A stretch of DNA of 64,000 bases from an uncultured Methanosarcinales archaeon (lineage in GTDB: Archaea; Nanobdellota; Nanobdellia; Woesearchaeales; CAIVOO01), in assembly GCA_964485195.1 (NCBI GenBank), contig CAZAIK010000005.1:3773-67772 (forward strand), in the 5' to 3' direction. The notes beneath the pieces were generated by a model. The model was not told where the DNA came from. It saw only the letters and a program-made list of their open reading frames with translations, and did no database searches. The translations under genes and the position numbers were made by a program. This document shows, piece after piece, positions 21,601 through 31,964 of this stretch. The stretch's first letter is position 1. Every line of letters begins with the position of its first letter.

Positions 21601-22041
21601 ATGCACACTTTCATCCATCTTTTCATAGGTATTATAGGAATGATTGCCCTGGGGCTACACGGATGGCCGGCAGTCATATTCATCCTGGCTTCTGTCATGA
21701 TTGATGCTGACCATATCATAGAGCTTTTCCGGGGAGTGCATAATTTAAAGAAGAAATATGTATGGGACGTGAGAGGGTTCAAGGAAGCCAACTACCAGGG
21801 AAAGCAGAGAAGCATGCACATTTTCCATACCTTTGAGGTTTTGTTTGCGCTTTTCATCGCATCGCGATACTGCCTGCCGTTATTCTATGTGGCCTCTTCT
21901 TTCGCCCTTCATCTGATGACAGACGCCTGGGGGAATTTCTGGAACAGGAACGTCAAAAAGAAAGGGGGAGGCGACTGGATAAAATACTGGTTCCTTGCTT
22001 ATTACATAAAGAAAGGCTCTGTGTTTAACGTGAGAAAATAA
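21601..22041 (+). CDS. Membrane-bound metal-dependent hydrolase-like protein
   Basis: HTFIH, IDADH, HIFHT, HLMTD motifs with TM segments. Confidence 0.7.
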   Translation: MHTFIHLFIGIIGMIALGLHGWPAVIFILASVMIDADHIIELFRGVHNLKKKYVWDVRGFKEANYQGKQRSMHIFHTFEVLFALFIASRYCLPLFYVASSFALHLMTDAWGNFWNRNVKKKGGGDWIKYWFLAYYIKKGSVFNVRK

Positions 22042-22043
22042 GA

Positions 22044-22964
22044 TTATTTGTTTTTGTAAATCCTTAATGCCTCATCAACATTCTTATGCTCCACAGTTAA
22101 CGCATAGACCGCATTGCACATCCTGACCGCCTCGTCCAGCTCTTTCTGGTGGATGTTCCTCCCTGTGGCATTTCCCGACGCGCCAACTGACAGCTGGTCC
22201 TGAAGGGTCTTAAGGAACTCTTTAACGTCTGTTGAGCTTCCCCCTGCGCATATGACTTTTGTCCTGCCCGCAGCCTTTATTGCTTCCCTGAAGATTTCCT
22301 TTGATTTTTTCCCTTTCTTTTTTGGATAATTTACCTTGACAAAATCAGCTCCCAGGGCATTGCCCACCCCGACCGCGCCTGCAATCAGGTGAGGGTCTTT
22401 TTCCTCCCTGACAGCAGCCCCTCTCGGATAAATCCAGAGAATGGCAACCATTCCGTTCTGATGCGCTTTATGCACTACCTGCGCAGCATCCCTCAGCATT
22501 TGCGGCTCGTATTCAGAGCCGAGATAAATTGTGTAGCCCACTCCGCAGATTTTAAGGCCTGTTTGCCCCTGAAAAGCCACTGCCTGCTCCACATCATAAA
22601 GAAGCTCGGAATAGGAATCCTTCTGTTTTGTCGGAATTAGGTTTGTTTTTGAATTGAGCTTTACGATGTAATTGATGTTTTTGTAGTCCTTTCCATACCT
22701 TGATATCATTCCCATCTGAGTAGCAAACGCCCCGATTTTCGCCCTGCTGGCAATCCGGAAAAAATGCTCAGGATTGGCATCATCCTTTGAAACATTTTTC
22801 CCCACAAAATCATCATTAAGGTGCTCAATCCTCTGGTCCCCTGCAAAAAGCATAAGCCTTCCTGAGCCGCGGGTTATCCTCAAATAATTTTTAGAAAAGG
22901 TTTTTCTCATCTGTTTTGGAACATCAAGGGGAATGGGTATGCTTTTCTCTGCAAGTTTTTTCAT
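22044..22964 (-). CDS. Class I fructose-bisphosphate aldolase (DhnA type)
   Basis: FAGDQRIEH, WIYPRG, GADFVKV, ATGRNIHQ. Confidence 0.9.
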   Translation of the reverse strand: MKKLAEKSIPIPLDVPKQMRKTFSKNYLRITRGSGRLMLFAGDQRIEHLNDDFVGKNVSKDDANPEHFFRIASRAKIGAFATQMGMISRYGKDYKNINYIVKLNSKTNLIPTKQKDSYSELLYDVEQAVAFQGQTGLKICGVGYTIYLGSEYEPQMLRDAAQVVHKAHQNGMVAILWIYPRGAAVREEKDPHLIAGAVGVGNALGADFVKVNYPKKKGKKSKEIFREAIKAAGRTKVICAGGSSTDVKEFLKTLQDQLSVGASGNATGRNIHQKELDEAVRMCNAVYALTVEHKNVDEALRIYKNK

Positions 22965-23073
22965 TTCGCCTCCTTTGTGTTTTTTATGCTTCTTAATTTA
23001 TAAGTTTTGCCATAAAGCCTGTGAAAAAGTTTATATACAACATAGGCAAAAGTGCTTTTTGGAGGTGTTTATT

Positions 23074-23400
23074 ATGGTTCTGGAGATAAATAATGAAAAT
23101 TTTGAATCTGAAGTTAAGCAATCAGACATTCCTGTAATAGTTGATTTCTGGGCAGAGTGGTGCGGACCCTGCAAGATGATGGCACCTGTTTTTGAACAGC
23201 TGAGCTCTGATTTTGAGGGCAAGCTGAAATTCGCGAAAGTCAATGTCGATGACAACCGGGAAGTTGCTTCCCAGTTTGGAGTGAGGGGGATCCCCTGCCT
23301 TGTCGTCGTAAACAAGGGCAGCGAAGTGGACAGGATAACAGGCTACGCCCCCAAGGACGTTTTAAAACAAAAGATTGAGGATATACTTTCAAAAATATGA
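23074..23400 (+). CDS. trxA: Thioredoxin
   Basis: WCGPC; GGAGGTG RBS. Confidence 0.97.
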   Translation: MVLEINNENFESEVKQSDIPVIVDFWAEWCGPCKMMAPVFEQLSSDFEGKLKFAKVNVDDNREVASQFGVRGIPCLVVVNKGSEVDRITGYAPKDVLKQKIEDILSKI

Positions 23401-24305
23401 ACTACGACCTTATAATAATAGGAGGGGGGCCCGCAGGCTTGACTGCAGCAATCTACGCTGCCAGGTATAAAATTGATTTTGTTGTTCTCTCTGCCGAGGA
23501 GGGAGGGCTTGCAGCCACGGCCCACAAGATATGCAATTTTCCCTCCCACAAGGAGATTTCAGGAATGGAGCTTATGCAGAGGATAAAACAGCAGGTGGAG
23601 GATTTGGGAGGTGTTATCCTGGATGAAAATGCCACCGGAGTGAAAGAGGAAGGCGCAGGATTTGTGGTGACAACAGGCAAGAATGTTGCGCACACTTCAA
23701 AAAAGCTGATAATAGCTACAGGAACTAAGAGGAAAAAGCTGAACATTCCCGGAGAAAAGGAATTTTACGGCAGGGGAGTGAGCTATTGCGCCACCTGCGA
23801 CGCAGGGTTCTTCAGGGACAAGGTGGTTGCAGTTATAGGAGGAAGCGATGCGGCCCTCACCGCGGCCCTCCTCTTGTCAGAGTTTGCAAAGGAGGTTTTC
23901 ATAATCTACAGGAAAGAGAAGTTTTTCAGGGGAGACCGGATGTGGATTGAGGCAGTGGAGAAAAACAATAAGATCAAGACAATGTTCAGCGAAACAGTGG
24001 AAGAGATTAAGGGAGATAAATTCGTCAGCCAGATAGTTCTCGGCTCGGGGAAATCACTTGGCATAGACGGCGTTTTCATAGAAATAGGCTCTGAACCTTC
24101 ATCCCTGATTTTCAAAAACCTTAACCTGAAACTGAATGAAAAGGGTTACATAGTGACGGACAAAACCCAGAAAACCAACCATAAAGGAGTTTATGCAGCT
24201 GGGGACATTACGGATAACGCTCTCAAGCAGATTGTAACTGCTGCAGGGGAAGGGGCAGTTGCAGCTTTTTCTGCTTACAAGGAGCTTGCTGCTGAACAGG
24301 ATTGA
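23397..24305 (+). CDS. trxB: Thioredoxin reductase
   Basis: GGGPAG, CATCD, GVYAAGD. Confidence 0.95.
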   Translation: MNYDLIIIGGGPAGLTAAIYAARYKIDFVVLSAEEGGLAATAHKICNFPSHKEISGMELMQRIKQQVEDLGGVILDENATGVKEEGAGFVVTTGKNVAHTSKKLIIATGTKRKKLNIPGEKEFYGRGVSYCATCDAGFFRDKVVAVIGGSDAALTAALLLSEFAKEVFIIYRKEKFFRGDRMWIEAVEKNNKIKTMFSETVEEIKGDKFVSQIVLGSGKSLGIDGVFIEIGSEPSSLIFKNLNLKLNEKGYIVTDKTQKTNHKGVYAAGDITDNALKQIVTAAGEGAVAAFSAYKELAAEQD

Positions 24306-24639
24306 ATTTCCTCAACTCGCTAAGAGACTGAAAAACAGGGATTCCAAGCATTTCTGCTTCCTCTTTCTCAATATTTGCACCCCTGCTCGGCCCCAGGAAG
24401 AAGAGCGCATCAGCCCAGTGCCTCAGAAAGCTCAGGTTTATCCTCATAAGTTCATTGTATGTGAGTTCCTCGCCGCAGGGTCCTATGTGGGTGTGAGGGA
24501 CATAAGGGTCATACCCCATTTTTGCCAGCTCCACCCCCAGCTTCCTCGCAGATTCCAGGTTATTTTTCATCAGTTCCTCATTTTCGTGGAATTCTCCTGC
24601 AGGATTTGTTGTGAAAGGGCCTGATATGTAGATTTTCAT
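24223..24639 (-). CDS. DUF4406/nucleoside deoxyribosyltransferase-like protein
   Basis: MKIYISGP, SRGANIEKEEA, GIPV. Confidence 0.75.
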   Translation of the reverse strand: MKIYISGPFTTNPAGEFHENEELMKNNLESARKLGVELAKMGYDPYVPHTHIGPCGEELTYNELMRINLSFLRHWADALFFLGPSRGANIEKEEAEMLGIPVFQSLSELRKFNPVQQQAPCKQKKLQLPLPLQQLQSA

Positions 24640-24701
24640 TTTTGTATATGACCTCTCTTAATTTATAAAAGTTTTGTTTAAAACTGATTAAACCTTTTGG
24701 T

Positions 24702-25265
24702 TTACATTAGCATTATGGTTGTTCCCTCCCCCAGCAGGGTTTTCACTGCCTCATCCAAACTCAGGATTTGGAAAAGCTCAAATGAGGATTTGCAGAACCT
24801 TTTAACTTTCCTGTCCCCGGGCATCGCCTTGGAAACAGCCCTCAATTTTATGCCTTTCTCCACTATCTTGCAAAGCTCTGATTCCGGCATCATTTTCTCT
24901 GTCTGGCCCTTGCCGACACAGCTGAACTTTTCAGGGTTGTCCAAGTGCACGCTGACAGGTTTTGCAGAGAGGTCTATGACAAGGGAGATGGGATACAGCC
25001 TGCAGATGTAAGGCCTGGCCTCTGAATTATAAAGAGAGCATTTGCTGTCCTGCAGGAACACGCAGGGCTCCTCATAATTCGTGTGTCTCAGTATGAAATG
25101 AGAAGGCTCTGTTTTCTCGCGGACAGCCATCCTGGAAACTGGTATGCCCGTGAGCAGCGAAAGCTCCATGACCTCAGCGGGCCTGACAGGAACCGGGCGC
25201 TCGCAGCAGTATCCGCAGGAGGTGTCGCAGCGGTAATACGCATTTTCCGGATTCAGGATTTCCAT
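24702..25265 (-). CDS. YkgJ-family cysteine cluster protein
   Basis: CDTSCGYCC, PCVFL, CSLY..RPYICRLYP. Confidence 0.85.
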   Translation of the reverse strand: MEILNPENAYYRCDTSCGYCCERPVPVRPAEVMELSLLTGIPVSRMAVREKTEPSHFILRHTNYEEPCVFLQDSKCSLYNSEARPYICRLYPISLVIDLSAKPVSVHLDNPEKFSCVGKGQTEKMMPESELCKIVEKGIKLRAVSKAMPGDRKVKRFCKSSFELFQILSLDEAVKTLLGEGTTIMLM

Positions 25266-25401
25266 TTGCACAAAAAAAGGAATAGAGGAAAAAAATAAAA
25301 ATAGTGGCATTTCAACCAAAACACTTAAATAAGACTGTATCGGGCCTTATTCAATAGATATAAACGGGTTTTCTTGCTTGTTTATGTTTAGGAGGGATAA
25401 T

Positions 25402-25827
25402 ATGGCTGTTAAGAAAGGAGACAAGATAAAGGTTGAGTATACAGGAACCTTGGATGACGGCACAGTGTTTGACAGCTCGGAAAAGCACGGCCAGCCCATA
25501 GAATTTGAAGTCGGCTCTGGCCAGATAATAAAGGGCTTTGACGAAGCCGTTGTTGGAATGGAAAAAGAAGAGGAAAAGGAGTTCAAGCTTGAGCCCAAGC
25601 AAGCTTATGGAGAGCACAATCCTGAAATGATCAAGAAAGTCCCAAAGGACCAGCTGCCTCCTGAAGCAAAATCCGGCTCAACACTGCTCTTGAGCCTTCC
25701 CAACGGACAGCAGGTTCCTGTAAAGGTAATGGAAGTGGGAGAGAAAGAGGCCACTCTGGACTTGAACCATCCCCTGGCAGGGAAAAACCTTAATTTCAAG
25801 ATAAAGGTTGTGGAAGTGGCTTCTTAG
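25402..25827 (+). CDS. FKBP-type peptidyl-prolyl isomerase (SlyD-like)
   Basis: GTVFDSS, QAYG, DLNHPLAGKNL. Confidence 0.95.
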   Translation: MAVKKGDKIKVEYTGTLDDGTVFDSSEKHGQPIEFEVGSGQIIKGFDEAVVGMEKEEEKEFKLEPKQAYGEHNPEMIKKVPKDQLPPEAKSGSTLLLSLPNGQQVPVKVMEVGEKEATLDLNHPLAGKNLNFKIKVVEVAS

Positions 25828-25832
25828 AATTC

Positions 25833-27605
25833 TTATTTTGTTAAATTTTTGACTGTTTTAACAATGGCAGATGAGTCTATCCCGTATTTCTTCAGCAGTT
25901 CCCCTGGCTTTCCAGACCTTGGGACTGCCTTTACATAAAGATGACTTATCTTCCCGATAATGCCTGAAACGACACTGCCAATTCCCCCTGCATAATGGTC
26001 CTCAGCAACAATGACATTCTTGCATTCCCTTGCGTGCTTAATCAGTGATTTCCTGTTCACGGGCATTATTGAATACAAGTCAATTACGCGGATGTTTATT
26101 TTTTCCTTTTTCAGCTTTTCATATGCTTTCAGCGCCTCGTGCACTGTCACCCCCGCCCCTATCACAAGGGCCTTGTCCTTTTCGCTCCTGCGCAACACCT
26201 TTAAGCCTCCAATGGGAAATTCCTCTGAGTTTTTGTATAGCACGGGAGTTTTTTCCCTCGTGGTTCTCAGGTAGCATATGCCGTCGTATTTTGCCATCCT
26301 CCTGACAAGCTTTTCTGCAGAAACAGCATCGCAAGGGTAAAGTATCACAGACTCTGCCATGCCCAGAAAAAGCGAAATGTCCTCAAGCCCCATCTGCGAA
26401 GGCCCGTCCTGGCCTATGCTTACACCGCAATGGGAGCCAACTATGTTGAGGTTTGCCCTTGAATACGCAGCCATCCTTATGAAATCGTGAGCCCTTGTGA
26501 GGAAAGCAGAGAATGTGGCAATGAAAGGTACCAATCCTTTTTTTGAAAGCCCGAGAGCCACGCCAACCATATTCTGCTCAGCTATGAATGACTGGAAGCT
26601 TCTCTCAGGAAATTGCCTAAAGAACTTTTCCAGCCTTGTTGAATTCTTAACATCACCGTCTATCGCCACCGCGTTCTTGTTCCTCTTCCCGAGGTTGACC
26701 AGGGCATTCCCAAACCCGTCTCTCGTCGCCACCATCTCCCCCTTCTTGTAATTGTCTGTCTTGAAATCCCTTATTGTTGGTTTTCCCTTGTAAAATTCCA
26801 GCTTGACAGGAATGCTTATTTTCACGTCGCCTATTTCCTCAAGCGCTTTTTTCTTTTCCTTTTCATCAAGTGCCTTGCCGTGCCTGCCCTGCTTGTCCTC
26901 CAGAAAAGAGACCCCCTTGCCTTTTGTTGTTTTGGCGATTATTGCAAAAGGCTTCTTGCTTTTCCCGGCATTTTCAAATGCGTTGAGTATCTGCCTGACG
27001 CTGTGGCCGTTGATAATTTCAGATTCCCATCCGAATGCCTCAAATTTTTTCCTGTAAGCCTGCACGTCGTGGCCGTGCATTGTCTCCTGCGACTGCCCTA
27101 ACCTGTTTATGTCGGCGATTGCCACAAGATTGTCAAGCTTGCAGTAGGATGCAAAATTGGCTGCTTCCCACACCGAACCCTCTGAAAGTTCGCCGTCGCC
27201 AAGCAGCACATAAACATTTTCCTTCTCCTTGACCATCTTTTTTGCCAGGGCCATCCCTGCTCCTGCAGACAAGCCCTGCCCCAGGCTTCCTGTTGCAATT
27301 TTTACCAGAGGCATCAGCGGAGTGGGGTGGCCTTCAAGAACACTGGTCACTTTCCTCAGGTTCATAAGTTCTTCGGCAGGAACCAACCCTGTTTCTGCAT
27401 ATGCGGCCCAGAGTATGGGGGCGGCGTGGCCTTTTGACAGCACAAAATCGTCGGGAGACTTCAGTTCGGAAAAGAACAAACAGCTCATAATTTCAGCGCA
27501 GGACAGGCAGGATGTTGGGTGGCCAGAACCTGCCGCACTGGTTGACTTGATGGAATGCACCCTCAGCTTGTCAGCCATTAATCGCAGTTTCCCCGTCTTA
27601 TCCAT
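25833..27605 (-). CDS. tkt: Transketolase, single chain
   Basis: SKGHAAP, TGSLGQG, GDGELSEG, IAEQNM, QDGPSQM. Confidence 0.93.
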   Translation of the reverse strand: MDKTGKLRLMADKLRVHSIKSTSAAGSGHPTSCLSCAEIMSCLFFSELKSPDDFVLSKGHAAPILWAAYAETGLVPAEELMNLRKVTSVLEGHPTPLMPLVKIATGSLGQGLSAGAGMALAKKMVKEKENVYVLLGDGELSEGSVWEAANFASYCKLDNLVAIADINRLGQSQETMHGHDVQAYRKKFEAFGWESEIINGHSVRQILNAFENAGKSKKPFAIIAKTTKGKGVSFLEDKQGRHGKALDEKEKKKALEEIGDVKISIPVKLEFYKGKPTIRDFKTDNYKKGEMVATRDGFGNALVNLGKRNKNAVAIDGDVKNSTRLEKFFRQFPERSFQSFIAEQNMVGVALGLSKKGLVPFIATFSAFLTRAHDFIRMAAYSRANLNIVGSHCGVSIGQDGPSQMGLEDISLFLGMAESVILYPCDAVSAEKLVRRMAKYDGICYLRTTREKTPVLYKNSEEFPIGGLKVLRRSEKDKALVIGAGVTVHEALKAYEKLKKEKINIRVIDLYSIMPVNRKSLIKHARECKNVIVAEDHYAGGIGSVVSGIIGKISHLYVKAVPRSGKPGELLKKYGIDSSAIVKTVKNLTK

Positions 27606-27709
27606 AACTGCTTTGATTCTTCAGGGTTTTAAGTAGTTTTTGATTCTTTCTGGAAAAACCCAATGTTTATATAAGAGAAAAGTTTATTTTTCAGGGAAGA
27701 GGTGATACA

Positions 27710-27832
27710 ATGGCCAAAAAGAAGGCAAAGAAGAAATCAACAAAAAAGAAAGCTGCCAAGAAAAAGTCAACCAAGAAGAAAACCAAGAAAAAGACCAAAA
27801 AGAAGAAAAAGGCTATCTGCACTTACTGCTAA
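27710..27832 (+). CDS. 40-aa lysine-rich histone H1-like peptide ending in CxxC
   Basis: MAKKKAKKKSTKKKAAKKKSTKKKTKKKTKKKKKAICTYC; GAGGTGA RBS and TTTATATAA box upstream. Confidence 0.8.
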   Translation: MAKKKAKKKSTKKKAAKKKSTKKKTKKKTKKKKKAICTYC

Positions 27833-27896
27833 TATTTTTTGCTGTTAATCTTGAATGCATATGTTTTTTAATTAGTTTTAACGAGGAGGTGTTAAG

Positions 27897-28472
27897 ATGT
27901 TTGAAGTAAAGCCGCTGAAATTTGACCCGAAATCCTTGAAGGGCATTTCTGAAAAGCAGATAACATTCCACCACGACAGGCATTACGCCGGCTATGTCAA
28001 TGGAAGAAACAAAATTCTGGAAAAGCTGGAGAAGGGAGAAACAGTATGCATGAGGGAACTGAAGAAAAAGGAAAGCCACAATGCCTCGGGGCAGGTATTG
28101 CACGAGATTTATTTCAGCCATCTCGGCGGAGAGGGAGGCGAGCCTTCAGGAAAATTATTGGAGCGGATAAGAAAAGACTTCGGAAGTTTTGAGGCCTGGA
28201 AAAAAAGCTTTTTGGAATGTGCAGGCGTTGCAAGGGGATGGGCACTGCTCTGCTACGACTGGAGCGACGGAAAGCTGCACAACTATGCTGTTGATTTCCA
28301 CGACCAGGGGGCTGTTTGGAGCGCTTCACCCATACTCGCTCTTGACCTGTGGGAGCACGCCTATTATTTTGATTACGGGCCTGAAAAGCAGAAATACATT
28401 GAAGCTTTCTTTGAAAACCTCGACTGGAAACCAGTTGAAGAAAAGTTTGAACAATATGCTGTTAAGGAATAG
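27897..28472 (+). CDS. Fe/Mn superoxide dismutase family protein
   Basis: FHHDRHYAGYV, LHEIYF, DLWEHAYY. Confidence 0.9.
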   Translation: MFEVKPLKFDPKSLKGISEKQITFHHDRHYAGYVNGRNKILEKLEKGETVCMRELKKKESHNASGQVLHEIYFSHLGGEGGEPSGKLLERIRKDFGSFEAWKKSFLECAGVARGWALLCYDWSDGKLHNYAVDFHDQGAVWSASPILALDLWEHAYYFDYGPEKQKYIEAFFENLDWKPVEEKFEQYAVKE

Positions 28473-28475
28473 ACC

Positions 28476-30206
28476 ATGGGCAAAAAGAAAGAGGTGTCTT
28501 TTAGCAAATTCGCGGAGCTGTGCAAAAAACTGGAGAGTTTAAGTTCCAATATCTCCATGCGCAATGAGCTTGCAAGATTCTTCAAAGATGTTCCCTCTTC
28601 CTCAGTAAAAATCTCCTCTTATTTTCTGCTGGGAAACATAGGCCCCAAGTATGGGGACATTGATCTCGGGCTGGGAAACAAGACGGGCATAAGGATAGTG
28701 GCACAGGCATTTGGCAGAGATGAAAAGGATGTTAAGAAAAGCTTTGGAAAGAAAGGCGATTTGGGGGATGTGGCAGAATCCTTCAACAGCAGGAAAAGAA
28801 GCGCTCTCACTTTGGAAGAGGTCTTTGAAGAGCTTCGCAAAATCAAAAAAGCTTCAGGAAAGGGAAGCCAGGGAAAAAAAACAAGGATTCTGGCTGAACT
28901 TCTCAGCAATTCCTCATCCCCGGAAAGCAAGTACATCATGCGGATTGCCATGCAGACCCTAAGGCTGGGAGTCGGGGAAATGACAATTCTGGAAGCCTTT
29001 GCCCAGGCATTCACAAAGGACGTTGAAAACAAAAAAGGGATAGAGAACAGCTATAACGTGTGCACAGACATAGGAAAATTGGGAGAATCGCTTTCCGAGC
29101 ACGGCATGGAGGGTGCAAAAAGATTTTCCATATCGCTGGGAAGGCCGGTGCAGATGATGCTCGCCCAGAGAGTAAAGAAAGTTTCAGAGATACTGGAGCA
29201 CCTGGACAGCGACGAGATTGCTGCCGAGGAGAAATATGACGGGGAGAGGGTGCAGGTTCACAAGGAAGGAAGGGAGATACAGCTCTTTTCCAGAAGGCTT
29301 CAGGACATCACGGACCAGTATCCGGACATTGTAAAGCACCTAAAAGGAAACATTAAATCCAAAGAAGCTGTGCTTGACGGGGAAATAGTGGCCTACAAAA
29401 ACGGCAAGATACTGCCCTTCCAGAAGCTGATGCACAGGAGGCGCAAGTATGATGTGGAAAAATACGCTGAAAAGTATCCTGCAGCTGTTTTCCTGTTTGA
29501 CATTATATATGCGAATGGCCATTCCTATCTCAAAAAACCCTATCCCAAAAGAAGGGAGAAACTTGAGAAAATCACAGAGCAGTCAAAAAAAGTGAAGCTT
29601 GCAAACAGAAAGGTGTCCAAAAAGTTTGATGACATCAAGGAATTTTTCAAGAAGTGCGTCAATAAAGGGCTTGAAGGGATTATAGTAAAGTCCACTGCAA
29701 AGAAATCGTTGTATCAGCCCGGCAACAGGGGATGGCTCTGGATAAAGTGGAAAAAGGAATATGCAGAGGGGATGCAGGAAACATTTGATGTTGTTATTGC
29801 GGGAAGCTATCACGGCAGGGGAAAAAGGAAGGGAGGTTTCGGAGCCCTGCTCTGCGCAGTGAGAAACAGGCAAAATGACAAGTTTGCGACATTCACAAAG
29901 GTTGGGACTGGATTCACGGACAAGGATTTTGAGAACCTTTCAAGAAAGCTGAAAAAAATCAAAGTAAAAGAGAAACCAAGGCGTTTAAACGTCAAAAAGG
30001 GCATGAAGCCTGACAGTTATTGCGAATTGACAATGGTGATAGAGGTTATGGGCGCGGAGATTACAAGAAGCCCTGCCCACACAGCGGGAGCGGAAAAAGG
30101 CAAGGGGCTTGCCCTGAGATTCCCGAGATTTTTGAGGGTTCGCGAGGACAAAAGCGCCAATCAGGCCACAACAGTCAATGAAATAAAACAGCTTGCAAAA
30201 AAATGA
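28476..30206 (+). CDS. lig: ATP-dependent DNA ligase
   Basis: EEKYDGERVQ, LDGEIV, EGIIVK, WIKWK, LRFPRF. Confidence 0.97.
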   Translation: MGKKKEVSFSKFAELCKKLESLSSNISMRNELARFFKDVPSSSVKISSYFLLGNIGPKYGDIDLGLGNKTGIRIVAQAFGRDEKDVKKSFGKKGDLGDVAESFNSRKRSALTLEEVFEELRKIKKASGKGSQGKKTRILAELLSNSSSPESKYIMRIAMQTLRLGVGEMTILEAFAQAFTKDVENKKGIENSYNVCTDIGKLGESLSEHGMEGAKRFSISLGRPVQMMLAQRVKKVSEILEHLDSDEIAAEEKYDGERVQVHKEGREIQLFSRRLQDITDQYPDIVKHLKGNIKSKEAVLDGEIVAYKNGKILPFQKLMHRRRKYDVEKYAEKYPAAVFLFDIIYANGHSYLKKPYPKRREKLEKITEQSKKVKLANRKVSKKFDDIKEFFKKCVNKGLEGIIVKSTAKKSLYQPGNRGWLWIKWKKEYAEGMQETFDVVIAGSYHGRGKRKGGFGALLCAVRNRQNDKFATFTKVGTGFTDKDFENLSRKLKKIKVKEKPRRLNVKKGMKPDSYCELTMVIEVMGAEITRSPAHTAGAEKGKGLALRFPRFLRVREDKSANQATTVNEIKQLAKK

Positions 30207-31930
30207 GCACAAACAGGGAGCTTGTGAGAATATTCAGGGAAATGGCTTTGATGCTGGAGCTGAAAGAGGTCAAGTGGAAGCCCCGCGCTTACAGGGAGGC
30301 CGCCTACGGACTTGAGGACTTGAGCGAGGACGTCAAGGACATTTACAGGGAAGAGGGGGAAAAGGCGCTTGAGGCAATTCCCGGAGTGGGGGAGAGCATA
30401 GCAGACCACATTGTGGAATTCATTAAGAAAGGAAAGATAAAGAAATTTGAAAAACTGAGGGAAAAATATCCAGAGGAGGTAACAGAGCTTGTAAGCCTGG
30501 AAGGTCTTGGGCCGAAAAAGGTGAAAAAGCTACTAAAAAAGCTTGACATCATCTCTGCAGAAGACCTAAAAAAGGCTGCGGAAGAGCACAGGATAAAGAG
30601 CATCAAAGGTTTTGGCGAGAAGACAGAAGAAAATATCCTTGACGCGCTTAAGCTGAAAAAGGCAGGCAAGGAAAGAATGCCCCTTAACGAAGCCCTCTCC
30701 ATTGCCGAAGAGCTTGTTGAATATCTCAAGAAAAACGCACCGCTCGACAAGATTGACTATGTGGGCTCCCTCAGGAGGATGAAGGAAACAATAGGGGACA
30801 TAGACATACTGGTGGTTTCTGGCAAGCCCAAGAAGGTAATGGAAAAATTTACAGGAATGGAAGGAATCAAGAAAGTCATCAGCAAGGGAACAACGAGAAG
30901 CTCCATAATGCTGAAGGAAAACAACACCCACGTTGACCTGAGAGTTGTCAAGAAGTCAAGCTACGCAGCTGCAATGCAGTACTTCACAGGCAGCAAGGAG
31001 CACAGCATAGAGTTAAGGAAATGGGCCATCAAGAAAAATTATAAATTGTCTGAATACGGCCTTTTCAAAAAGAAGGATGACAAGAAAGTTCCCTGCACCA
31101 GCGAAAAGACGCTTTACAACAAGCTGGGGATGCAGTACATCCCGCCAGAGCTCAGGGAGAACAGGGGGGAGATAGATGCTGCAAAAAAGAAGGAACTTCC
31201 CGAGCTCATAGAGAAGGACGATTTAAAGGGAGATTTTCACATTCACACCAAATACAGCGACGGCTCTGACACCATAGAGAAGATGGCCAAGGCTGCCCAG
31301 GATATGGGCTACAAATACATAGCAATCACAGACCATTCAAAATCACAAAGGATAGCAAAGGGAATGGACGAGGAGAAAATAAAAAAGCAGTGGAGGGAGA
31401 TAAACAAAATTGCAAAAAAGCACAAGATAAAAATACTGAAAGGAGCGGAAGTAGACATACTGAAGGACGGCTCGCTTGACTATCCTGAAAAAATCCTCAA
31501 AAAACTTGACATCGTTGTCGCGTGCGTGCATTCAAATTTCAAGATGTCAAAAAAGCAGATGACCGACAGGATAATAAAGGCACTGGAAAACAAGTATGTG
31601 GACATACTGGGCCATCCGACAGGAAGGTTGCTTAACAAGAGAAGGCCCTTTGAGGCGGATTTTGCGAAAATCTTTAAAACAGCGTACGAGAACAACAAGA
31701 TATTGGAGATTAACAGCCAGCCGGAAAGGACTGATTTGAATGATGCAAACATACTCTCAGCAAAAGAAAATGGGGCAAAATTTTGCATTGACACTGACAG
31801 CAAGTCAGCAAACGACCTCAGCCTCGCGAGGTTTGGAGTGGGGCAGGCAAGGAGAGGGTGGCTGGAGAAGGATGACGTGGTGAACACCTATTCCTGGAAA
31901 GAGTTAAAAAAGGTATTCAAGAGAATATGA
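30203..31930 (+). CDS. polX: DNA polymerase X with PHP domain
   Basis: GSLRR..IGDIDI, YFTGS, HIHTKYSDG, ITDH. Confidence 0.95.
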   Translation: MSTNRELVRIFREMALMLELKEVKWKPRAYREAAYGLEDLSEDVKDIYREEGEKALEAIPGVGESIADHIVEFIKKGKIKKFEKLREKYPEEVTELVSLEGLGPKKVKKLLKKLDIISAEDLKKAAEEHRIKSIKGFGEKTEENILDALKLKKAGKERMPLNEALSIAEELVEYLKKNAPLDKIDYVGSLRRMKETIGDIDILVVSGKPKKVMEKFTGMEGIKKVISKGTTRSSIMLKENNTHVDLRVVKKSSYAAAMQYFTGSKEHSIELRKWAIKKNYKLSEYGLFKKKDDKKVPCTSEKTLYNKLGMQYIPPELRENRGEIDAAKKKELPELIEKDDLKGDFHIHTKYSDGSDTIEKMAKAAQDMGYKYIAITDHSKSQRIAKGMDEEKIKKQWREINKIAKKHKIKILKGAEVDILKDGSLDYPEKILKKLDIVVACVHSNFKMSKKQMTDRIIKALENKYVDILGHPTGRLLNKRRPFEADFAKIFKTAYENNKILEINSQPERTDLNDANILSAKENGAKFCIDTDSKSANDLSLARFGVGQARRGWLEKDDVVNTYSWKELKKVFKRI

Positions 31931-31964
31931 AAAAAAGAGAAAAAATGTGAAAGGGGGTGTTATT

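Noticed and set aside
24223-24305. 83-bp convergent overlap between trxB and the DUF4406-like gene
   Set aside because: The overlapping tail looks like run-on after a lost stop; short convergent overlaps are frequent in this window.
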